From contig JBODTK010000013.1 of assembly GCA_050613775.1 (NCBI GenBank), positions 186,001 to 250,000 on the forward strand: a stretch of DNA of 64,000 nucleotides, in the 5' to 3' direction. Shown here in pieces: positions 13,196-24,399 of this stretch. The stretch comes from Neocallimastix sp. 'constans'. Taxonomy: Eukaryota. Made by a program: the position numbers and the translations under genes. The notes below the pieces were generated by a model, which searched no databases, was not told the origin of the DNA, and saw only the letters and a program-made list of their open reading frames with translations. The first letter of the stretch is position 1, and the number at the start of each line of letters is the position of its first letter.

Positions 13196-14960
13196 ATGAA
13201 AATTTTATTTATTAATTTATTAGAAATCTTCTTGACTTCTATTGTTTCTGCTGTCAGTTCGATACAAAACAATAATTCATACATTTTAAAGAATAACTAC
13301 ACTAATGTTTTTATTTCTAAGAAAGATAGTAATATTACTTTATTAAAGATTGCTAGTGACAATCAAGAATTTTTAAATAGATCCTATATTGATACTAATA
13401 GTTCAAAAGCTGGCTTTCAACAATTAAGAATACAAATGATAATGTTGAAATTTCTTTCACTGACTATGTATTAAATATGAAATGGGAAATTAAATATACT
13501 ATTCTTAATGATTATAAGGATGTGCATTTTTCTTTAAAACTTGATCATAAAATTAATTATTCCAATACTCAATTCAGTGATATTCATTTAATTTTAAGAA
13601 TAAAAAGTAATACATTTAGTTGGTTACAAGTTGATGATGATGCTGGTCGTTATTTACTAACCACTGAACAACAAAAGAATTGTCAAGTTATAGGTCCAAA
13701 AGAAACTTGTAAAGTGAAAACAGGTGAAGATATTCATAAAGATGATTGGACAATTGATGAATTAAAGCATGGTGTTCATGGTTTTGCTTCTAAAAATGGT
13801 TTAGGTTGTTGGTTTGTCACTCCATTAATGGAATGAAAAATGGAGGTACTTATAATCATGATCTTGCTTGTTCTCAAGGTGAAAATGACACCTTATAAAT
13901 AATGTACATGGCAGGTTCCTATTATTGTGCAGGAGATGAATAACCAAAGGAGAAAATTGGTCAAAGATTTATTGACCACATTTAATTTATTTGAATAAGA
14001 CGAAGTCTCCATAAGCTTCATAGTGAGAACTAAAGCAGTAACCAAAGTTGAAAAAGCTAAATATTCATTTTCATTTGTTTCTCAACCAGATATGTTAAAC
14101 AACATGGAAATGTTACAGGTAAATTAACCCTTAAGAATCCATTAAATAATTCGGTTTTCAGAATAGATTACGCCATGGTTACTTTAGTTCAACCAGAGTC
14201 TAACAGAGAATCTATACTCATATTATTTCAGGTATTAGTCCAAATTTATCTATTAACAATGTTATTCCAGGTACATATCAATTGCTTATAAGGTTCCAAG
14301 GAATTATTGATAAATTTATATTAAACAAAACCATTACGGTCATAGCAGTTAGAATTACTAATCTTGGAAAATTGTTTTCTCAGAAAAGGTAGATAGACTA
14401 ATTCCATGGGAAATTAGAATTCCAGATCATACAGCTAAGGAATTTAAACATGGATATCATTTCAATCAATGAGGACTTCCATACAAATTTCCAAAAGAAG
14501 TTTCAAATTGAGTCAATTACTATATTTGAAAATTTAATTACTAGAGATTAAAATTATTGTCATGTTTCAACTTCAGGAAAAGATAATAAATATAAATTTA
14601 TTCCATTGAATATTTATTTAAATTTGAGAAAGAAATCCACAGGTACATCTGTATTACGTGTTTCAATTGTAGCTAATTCTTCTACTGCACTTTCAATCTC
14701 TTTCAATGGAAGAAAGAGTTCAACTGAAGTTGCCAACTTTAAAGATGATTCCTGTATTCGCCAAAATGGTATTCTAGAATTCTACCGTGAATTAGAATTC
14801 AAATTAGGAACTAATAATTTCAAGATTGAAGAAAATAAGATTACTTTACATGCCAGTAAGACAGGATAATATACTAATAATTAACAATCTGATGGTATTA
14901 TTATGATCATATTCGTCTTAAAACTCCTGGACTCTTAATTATCTACTATCTATTCAAATA
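13196..14960 (+). pseudogene. Polysaccharide lyase family 4 (rhamnogalacturonan lyase) pseudogene, secreted type
   Basis: Signal-peptide-like start MKILFINLL, then colinear PL4 motifs across frameshifts: HKDDW...VHGF...GLGCWFVTP.ME*KNGG...DL, GENWSKIY*PHLIYLN, GNVTGKL, INNVIPGTYQL, WEIRIPDHTAKEF, IRQNGI, YDHIRL. Confidence 0.85.
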
Positions 14961-15179
14961 AATTAGTAAATAAATATTTTAATTTAAAAATTAATAATAT
15001 CAATTATATATATTGATAATAAAAATTATTAATATTATATATATAACAACAAAAAATAAATGAACAATAAAATTAGTAAAAAAAAATGAAATAAGTAAAA
15101 AAATATATTAATAAAATTCTTTTTTTAAAAAAAAAACAATAAAAAATAAAAAAAAAAAAGGTAAAAGTTTAAAAACATT

Positions 15180-15860
15180 TCCTTTCAACGGAAATTAGAG
15201 ATGCAGAAGATATACAATAAAAATATGATGATATTGAAGTAGTATTAAACTTTTTATTAATGAAATCTTAAAATATTCTGATGTTGACTTAGATATCAAA
15301 CCAATTCCATCCCTTAATGAATTATATTTTAGAGATAGTTATGGTTATTATTCAATAAGTACTGATAGTTTTGAATCCGTAAATATTAATGAAGAAAATT
15401 CAATTGAAATTTCATATAATTCATTTTATAATTGTGAAAGCTATAATCGTGACAGATATAATTCCTAATCATATGAAAGCATAATTATTATCATTAATTA
15501 AGGTAATGGTATGAATTTTTTTAATAGTCGAAATACTTCAAAAATATGGATAATATATAGATATAGAAAATAATAAAAATATTATTATTAAAAAAAGAGA
15601 GTTCAATTGAAATTCCTTATAATTCATTGTATAACTGTGAAAGCTATAAGTTATTATTATTAATTATAAGAAAACATTATTATTACCATTAATAAAGATG
15701 AATTTTTTTTAAATAATCTAAATACTTCAAAAATATGGATAATATAATAGATAATGAAAATAATAACAATAATCTAAAATTAGATGATGAAAATGATGAT
15801 GAAATTAATAGTGATAATGAAACATACTAAGAAGAATAGACAAAAGAGATTATGTTGTAA
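15180..15860 (+). pseudogene. Decayed acidic coding fragment of unknown family, with an internal ~170-bp duplication
   Basis: Reads ...KYDDIEVVLNFFINEILKYSDVDLDIKPIPSLNELYFRDSYGYYSIS... across lesions. ttcaattgaaatt...gtgaaagctataa...aaatacttcaaaaatatggataatata occurs near 15400 and 15600. Confidence 0.35.
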
Positions 15861-17844
15861 ATAATAAAATAATGGGATTATTAAAATATAATATTAATAT
15901 AAAAATGAAAAATATAAATATAATGTAATATCATTCATACTCTTTTAAAATATTATAAATTTATATTTTTTTGTATAATCATATTAAAACAAAACTATTA
16001 TTTTGTATTGTAATACAAACACTATATTTCTATTCAAGTCTAAGTTTTATCCAAAGTTAGATTTGAGGAGGAATGCTAAAAATATAAATGTAAAATTATA
16101 TAATTATATTAATTTAAGGAGAAATAATATATATTTTAATATATTCATGTAAAATATGTGACCAATAATAATAATAAGTTACATATTATGTTAACTATAA
16201 ATAACATAAAAATGTACATTATTATTTTGAAAAAAATGATTCTAATATTTTCATATAATAAAGGAGATTCTTATTTCTAAATTTAATAATTATATTTCTT
16301 AGTCTTTAAATTATTCACAATAATTTTAAATTTATTTAAATAATAATTAATATATACACTTAATTTATATTATGAAATTTATTCAAATTATAATTATATA
16401 TTTAATAAATTTATAACGAAAATTTATTTAAATAATTAGTAATTATACATTTAGTATTATTATTGTTAATTTATTTAGTTATACATTTAATTATTAATTT
16501 TATGTAACATTTATTGTTAATTATTTTTTACATTATATATTTAAAAGAATAAGTACTGTTTTCTGTAATTTTTAATTCTGTATTTTATTTTAAAATATAA
16601 TTTATTAATTCAAGATAGATTTTATAGATCATCTATTAGTTTAAGATCGATTTAGATCATAATTTATCTTTCTTTAATTTTCTTTTATCTTTATGATCTA
16701 AATCAAATTATAGTAAATCGGTATTTAAGTTTTTTTCAGAAAAACTCTGGTTTTACTTATAATATACGATGATCAATATGAATAGAATATTGATCGAAAC
16801 TTATCTAGTTTTTTCTTTTAGTCTTTTTCTAAATAAGAGATTTGTTAAAATTAGAAACTCTTTTTATTTAATCTTATTTTTAACAAAAAGTATAAATAAG
16901 GTTCTTGAGTTCTCTTTAAGAAATCAAGAGTTATTATTATAAGATAATTATAATAAAGATAATATTATAAGAATATTATAATAATAATATTAAATTTTAT
17001 TATAAACAATTAATAAAACACTTATTTAAAAAATATATTTAAAAAATAAATCAAATCTAAATTTAATTGAAATTAAACTGTCATTGATTTTATTATAGTT
17101 ATTTTATAATAAACTCTACTACAGAAAGTAAAAATAATATATTAATATTTCTCAACTTAATGAAATAGTCATTAAGTTGTAGCTAATAATTCTATTTCGA
17201 GTTGTTCTTAATAGAATTATTACAGTAAATATGTAAATAATTTATAAATTAAGTTTTGTTAGAGTATAAAGAATAAATATTTAATAATGATTTTAATATA
17301 ATTTACCCAATCAGAATATTATTATATTTAAATAAAATATATAAAATAAATAAAATGTAACCTTGTTAAAAATATATACACTTTTGTAATCATAAAAAAA
17401 AAAAAAATAAAGATAAATAAAATTAAATATAAAGTATTATATATTAATTGCTATCCTAAAAATATATCTAATTTTCTCAATATTTGTTTTTGGTGTTTAA
17501 TAGATTAAAAGTCTCAGTCTACAACTGAGCTTAACCATAAGTTAAGTTATAATTTACATAATTAATATATAAATATATTCATCTTATAAATAAATTGAAC
17601 TAACGCTTTCTTATTTTTAATATTAAAATCATTTTTATATTTATCAATAATAAAATCTAATTTTTAATTATCAAAGAAATAATTTAATTAATTATGAATC
17701 TATATAATTAATTTTGCTATTTCATAATAATTGAATCAAAATATATTATCAAAAATATTTTAAAAAATAAATTAATGAAGGATTAATACAATTTAATAAT
17801 ATCATTATTCATTCATTGTATATAAAAATATACATATATATATT

Positions 17845-18468
17845 TGTAAAGATTTAATAAATCTTTAATACATTAAATAGCTTAATTTTTCGTACAATTA
17901 ATTTATTTAATGTATATGAATTATTTTTTTTATATAAAATTTATTGAAATAAAATTTAATTATTTTTTTAATTGAAAATATTTTTTAATTAGTTTAGTTA
18001 ATTTAGTTTAGTTTTAAATAGTTAAATATTAATTTAGGAATAATCTTAAATAGTTAATATTTATAAAAATAGTTTTTCAATATTAAATATATAATTAAAA
18101 TTATTATAAGTATTAAAATAATAAATAAAATAAAGAGTTTAAAAAATTAATTTTAGTTTTAGTAAATTAATAAATAATAAAAATTATTAATTAAAAAAAA
18201 AATCTTTTGTTTATAAATAAATAGTTTTATATATATTATTAAATAACATCATATATTAATATTGTAATAAGAAAAAATATAAATACATGTAATTTTTCTT
18301 AATTTAATCGATGTATTAGTTATTAACTATTTTACAGTTAATAACATAAAAGAAGTTTATAATTAATAAAAGTATTTATTAATAAAAGAAATTACTTTAA
18401 TTTCATTTGTTTAAATTGTAGTTTTTTTTTATTGTTATAATCTGTTTTTTATTGACGGATTCATTACA
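17845..18468 (+). mobile_element. Solo LTR (family E, 624 bp) inserted in the leader of copia B
   Basis: TGTAA...TTACA termini with ATATT on both sides. The sister copy (near 29335) shows the empty site. Strand assignment is nominal. Confidence 0.88.
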
Positions 18469-18474
18469 ATATTA

Positions 18475-18805
18475 TAGTCAGTTAAATTATAATTCGAACC
18501 AAAAAAAAATAATATAGTCAGTCGATTATAATTTGAACTGAAAATTAGTATAATCAATAAAACTTTATATTGAAATAAAATAAAAAAATAATAATAAAAA
18601 TAAAATAATAAAATAGTCAGTCAATTATAATTTGAACTGAAAATCATATGGTCAGTCAAATAATTAATTTGAACTGTAAAAATAGTATAGTCAGTCAAAT
18701 TATAATATGAACTGAAAAATGTCATAGTCAGTCAAATAATTAATTTGAACTGAAAATCATATGGTCAGTCAAATAATTAATTTGAACTGAAAATATTATT
18801 GTCAA
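18475..18805 (+). repeat. Tandem ~33-bp palindromic repeat array in the copia B leader (mirror copy 29040-29330)
   Basis: Unit approximately ATAGTCAGTCAAATTATAATTTGAACTGAAA. Confidence 0.8.
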
Positions 18806-21800
18806 TTATTAAAAATAAAAATAAAAAAAATATATATATATATTTTTAATTCCAATATTAATAAATGTAAATCAAGTATAAATACCTTTTTCAAACATAA
18901 AAAACCAATAATATAAATGTTTAATTAAATTAATTTCAAATGGCATAATGAAAAATATTACATTAAAAATAAGATAAAAATAGAAACCAATCATAATTCT
19001 GAAATATATTATTTTATAACCCTTTTTTTATTAAGTAATAAATATAACTTAACCAATTATCAAAATATATATTATTAAAGTTTATTATAAATCATCATCA
19101 TAGAAATATTAAACAATATATATTTCAATTTACATTTATTTAATGAAAATAGAATAAGATTTTAATCAATATATTGAATATGTATAAATAAACAATCCAG
19201 ATATACAACATATCACTCATCAATTATTCTATTAAAAAATATTCGAATAATATAAAATATTAATAAATTATTAAAAAAAAAAAAAAAAAAAAATAAGAAT
19301 AAATTAATTTGAAACTCTCCACAATGGCTAACACAAGAAGAAACAATAGAAATGAAGTAATTACCATTGAAGAACCCATTGACATCAGGCCAACAATTAA
19401 ATTTAATTACTCTGAAAATTTTAACAGAGTAGTTGAATTAAATACTGAAAACTATAATAGATGGAGAACCAAAATCCTTCATCTATTATCAATTAACAAC
19501 CTAGTTGGCTATATCACCAAAGAAAAGGTTAAGAAGTTAAGAAAAATAGATATACAAGATGTCCTATCTGAGTACATCGAAGATGAATTTGATGACACAT
19601 TGGTGTATGACAAAAACACCAATGTAGTTGATATCAATAACGATATCACAACAAAATGGATCGTCCTAAACAGTATTGGAGAAAAAACCCAAGACATTGT
19701 GCAAGGATCAAATAAAACCGCCTTTGAATTGTGGAAAATTCTAAAAAGATCTTTTACCAAAAACATCAATACGCGTAAATTAGAACTTAAAACCAAACTC
19801 GATAATTTGAAGTATAACCCAGAAGTGGACATTAATATATTTATTGCTGAACTACAGAACACACTTGATGAACTCGAGAAAATAGATAATGACATTGAAC
19901 CAAGTGTCAAAGTGGGCATCCTTAACAGAATTCTCCCAGAGGAACTCCATTGGATTAATGTATTCCAATTTAAAATGACTGGAATAAATGTAGTGAATAC
20001 GATAAGGATGTATTGCCTGAAATCATCTCTTCAAACTTAAAAGAATCCTTAACAAATAATCAAAATAATAAAAATATATTTTCAATAGAAAATAATTCTA
20101 ACATTAATACAAATAAGAAAAACTTGCTAAAATAAAAACATTTACTAAAAGGACTAATAATGGTAGATGTAATTACTTCCAACTACATTTATAACTGAAT
20201 ACCTCATAAGATATAAACAATAAAATTCCATATGAACTTCTAACTAATAACAAAGTTGATAACTCAAACATACATATCTTCGGATGTAAAATATTTTATT
20301 ACATTCAAAAACTATTCCGTATAAATTTCAAAATAATTTATCTCCAGACATATTCTTGTAGTATGTTGATAATCTCACAGCATACAAAATTCTTGATTTA
20401 ACAAATAATAAAATTTTAATTTCACGAAATGTTGAATTCTTTGAATTCACACCAAGAAATTCACATTTATCTCATTGTGATAACGACATCTCAAATTTTA
20501 TTCCTAATAATATAATCAGGAGGAATGATAATAACTACTTTTATGATGACTTATGATATAAATCATGGTACGGACTTCAATAATATTAACAATAATAATT
20601 CGCATTATCAATATAATAATAATAAGTCAAATAATATGCAAATATTAGACAATAATACACAAATTAATGAAAATAATATACCAAGTAAAAACAATCAAAT
20701 AAAAAATAAAAGAACATATAACAAAAGAAGAAACAACAATAATAATAGTACTAAAAATACTACTAATAATCACAATAAAAATCATAATAACAATATAAAA
20801 TCTCAAGATAATAACATTAACAACAACAAAAATAATAATATCAATAAAACAAATAATAATAACAATAATAACAACAATAACACAAATAACAACAACAATA
20901 CCATCAACAGCAATAATAACAAAACAAATAATTTTATTAATCAAAACAATAATATGATCACTGACAAGACAACAATAAAAACAATCACGATAATTCAAAT
21001 ACAGTCAGCTATAATTCAAATATCAATAACGATAACAACAATAAACAACAAAATATCAATAACTTAAGGAATAATGAACTGTTCGACTTAAAATCTCCTA
21101 TATATTAAGGAAAAAGAAATAAAGATGAAACCTTCATATTAAATTCAAGTAACAAAAACCACAAATTATCGAAAGTATTACTGAACCAAATAATTAGTAT
21201 GACATTTTTAATTTAATTGATAAAAATAAATGGTTAAAATTAATTAATAATGAACTTAACAATATGAGAAATTTAAGAGTATATAAAATAATTAATATAA
21301 TATCTAAGAATGCAAACTTAATATCTTCAAAATGGATTTTCAAATTCAAATGTAACTCACAAAGAGAAATAATCAAAAGAAAATCAAGATTAGTAGCAAA
21401 GGTATTAAGCAAGAATACAGCATAAAATATAAAGAAACCTTTGCACTTACCTTAAAACAAAATTTATTAAAAATCTATACAATGATTGTCACTCAGAACA
21501 ATTTCGAAATAAATCGAATAGATATAACTGCCGCCTACTTAAACGCTGAATTAAATGAAGATTTGTATATGAAACCACCCAAAGGACATGAAGATTACAA
21601 TAAATAATTTTGGAAATTGAAGAAGGCAATATGTGAACTGAAACAAAATAGTGCCAAGTGGAATGATAAATTAAACAGCTATCTAATAAAAATTGGATAT
21701 AAAAGACTTATAAGTGAACCTTATTTGTACGTTAAATTTAATAAAAGAAAACTTTTTAAGTATGTTAGCTATATTTGTGGATGATATTTTAACATCAGGA

Positions 21801-23772
21801 TCAAAGAAAACAATAGAAATAGTAAAATTATTAACTAAGAAGAAATTCAAATTAAAGATTTAGGTAATGTTGATAATATTATCGAAATAAAATTTAAAAA
21901 ATATAAAAATGGTTACTTTTTACATCAACACCCCTATATCAAAAGCAGCTAGAAGAACAAAGGAATTAAATATGGAAGACTGGAATAAGGTAATAAGAAT
22001 ATTTAAGATACTTAAAAGGCACTAAAAAATATGGAATAAATTTCATAAATAATCCGAATATTAAAGCATATGTCGATTCGGATTACGGAGGTGACTTGGA
22101 AACTAGACGTTCAATCACTGGATTTTTAATAACATTCAGTAGTGCACCAACAAGCTGGTGTTCAAAGTTACAAAAATCAATATCGACTTCAACAGCTGAG
22201 TCCCAATATTACAGTCTTAGTGAATGCGGTAAACAATGTATATGGTACTTAATATTTTTAATATTTATGTTTAATTATTCAAATAAATTTATTCGAATAA
22301 TTAAACATAAATATTAAAAATATTGAGGTAAATGTTGACAACAAAGTAGCTATTTATAATGCTAAAAATCAAACTATCAGTAGAAAAACCAAATATGTAG
22401 ATATTAGGGTTCATTTCATATGAGAAATAGTCAAGAAAATAAAATCTATCTTAAATATATAAAATCCGAAAACAATCTCGCAGATGGGTTTACAAAATAT
22501 TTAAATGGAACATTAAAGGATAAATTCAGAAATACTTTATTAACCAAAATTGATGATTTATATTTTAATTAAAATAATATAAATAAAAAAAAATATGACA
22601 TTTACCAAAAGTCATATTTTAGGAGGAATGTTAGAATATAAAAATAAATATTTAATAATAACTTTAATGTAGTCTACCCAATCATAATATTATTATATTT
22701 AAATAAAATATATAAAAGGAATAAAATGTAACTTTAATAAAAATATATAATTTTGTAATTATAAAAAAATATAAAGATAAACGGAATTAAATATTAAATA
22801 ATATGTATAAAATGTAATAATAAAAATATATCTAATTTTCTTAATTTTTGATGTTTAATAATATTTATAAAAAAATTATAATAATATAAATAATAAAATA
22901 TTTATAATAATTATAACATATAAAAATATAAAAATATAAAAAAAATAATAAAATAGAATTAAAATGAAATAAATTAAAACTAAATTATTGTTAAAATATA
23001 AATATTGAAGTTTTGTATATATATAATATTAAGGAGTTTTGTGATATATTTTAATATATATATTTTCAAGTATAAGACCAATAATATATTTGTGTAACCT
23101 AAATAAAATAACTATAAATATTTTATAATATAAAATTCTTCAATAATAACTCCTTTTAATAAAACAGATGAAATTAGATTTACATTTTCTATAAACATAA
23201 ATAAAACGAATCTTTTACTTTTTAACAGATTAAGAGTCTCAATCTCACCAGATTGAGTGAATATTAAGTATTAGAAAATTATATAAATAAATTTAACAAT
23301 TATTTTGAATTAAAGTTATTAATTAATATTTTAAATTCTTATTGTAAAATAAATCAATTACAATAATAATTAAAAATATATAAAACTTAACATGTACAAA
23401 TCAACAATTTTGTAATATAAATTTAAAATATTTATAAAACATAAATTTAAAATATTTATGATATATACAAATTTTAATTATTTTTGAAAAATAAGTATCA
23501 ATTATTATATATTATTTAATGAATTCATTAAATATTAGGAATAAAAATAATAAAAAATAAAAATATAAGAATAAGAACAAATATCATTATTATCTGTACA
23601 TATTTATATTTATATTACGATAGAAAAAAGAAATAAAAAAAAAAAAAAAAAAAAAACAGATAAAATATTATAAAATGAAAATATTTAAAATTTATATAGA
23701 ATAAGAATCGGTTTTCATAAAAATAATAATTATAAAATAAATTATAAAAAAAAAAAAAGAAAAAAAAATAAT

Positions 23773-23960
23773 AAAGAGCTGAAAAGGTCAGCATAATTAA
23801 AAAAAGCTGAGAAGTCAGCGTTATTATAAAGAGCTGAATATTGTCAGCGTTATAATAAAGAGCTGAAAAGGTCAGCATAATTAAAAAAAGCTGAGAAGTC
23901 AGCGTTATTATAAAGAGCTGAATATTGTCAGCGTTATAATAAAGAGCTGAAAAGTCAGCG
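23773..23960 (+). repeat. 84-bp tandem repeat (about 2.2 copies) built from GCTGA-loop-TCAGC hairpin units
   Basis: GAGCTGAAAAG recurs at 23776, 23860 and 23944; seven GCTGA...TCAGC inverted repeats in total. Confidence 0.9.
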
Positions 23961-24174
23961 ATATTTTAAAAATAGTTGAATATTAACATTATTAATAAAA
24001 TAAAATAAAATAAATAGTTGAAATATAAATATAAGTACATATTGAATAAAATAAAATAAAATAAAATAAAATAAAATAAAATAAATAGTTGAAATATAAA
24101 TATAAGTACAGATTGAATAAAATAAAATAAAATAAAATAAATAGTTGAATTATTAATATAAAATACAGATTGAA

Positions 24175-24270
24175 TAAAATAAAATAAAATAAAATAAAAT
24201 AAAATAAAATAAAATAAAATAAAATAAAATAAAATAAAATAAAATAAAATAAAATAAAATAAAATAAAAA
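24175..24270. repeat. (AAAAT)n microsatellite
   Basis: Direct reading; shorter runs from 23995. Confidence 0.9.
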
Positions 24271-24399
24271 AAAAAAAAAAATATTATAATTGGATTTTAT
24301 ATTTGAATAATTTGAATAATTAAAAATAAAAAACATATTCATAATTATTATATATATATAAATATGAAAAAGATTTCATAATTTGTAAGTATGACATCA

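Larger units (their letters stand above)
10388..16282 (+). mobile_element. Complete non-autonomous LTR retroelement (family A) enclosing non-TE gene relics
   Basis: 209-bp LTRs at 10388-10596 and 16074-16282 with 8 mismatches by my count; PBS at 10597; PPT GAGGAGGAA at 16065-16073; TTAAT on both flanks (10383-10387, 16283-16287). No gag/pol motifs seen inside. Confidence 0.85.
17257..22860 (+). mobile_element. Ty1/copia element family B, internally deleted and decayed
   Basis: 5' LTR 17257-17502; PBS 17503-17530; gag from ATG 19324; integrase C-terminus; Asn-rich linker; RT (SKWIFKFK, IFVDDIL); RNase H (VDSDYGGDLETRRSITG, STSTAESQY, ADGFTK); PPT AGGAGGAA 22621-22628; 3' LTR 22629-22860. The LTRs are visibly diverged and the flanks differ (AGTTT / ATATT). 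Confidence 0.92.
22989..24360 (+). mobile_element. 5' end of copia family C: LTR 22989-23227, PBS 23228-23257, leader; truncated
   Basis: TGTTAAAA...TTTAACA followed immediately by GATTAAGAGTCTCAATCTCACCAGATTGAG. The right boundary is approximate. Confidence 0.8.

Noticed and set aside
18475..18805. CRISPR-like palindromic repeats (also 23773-23960)
   Set aside because: No unique spacers and no cas genes; eukaryotic retroelement leader context.
20525..21067. Asn-rich ORF as a standalone prion-like protein, and its hydrophobic antisense ORFs (20645-20998, 25609-25962)
   Set aside because: This is the low-complexity integrase-RT linker of copia B pol.
17252..22865. Treating copia B 17257-22860 as a single clean insertion
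   Set aside because: The flanks do not form a TSD and the LTRs are clearly diverged, so it is more likely a recombinant of two copies.
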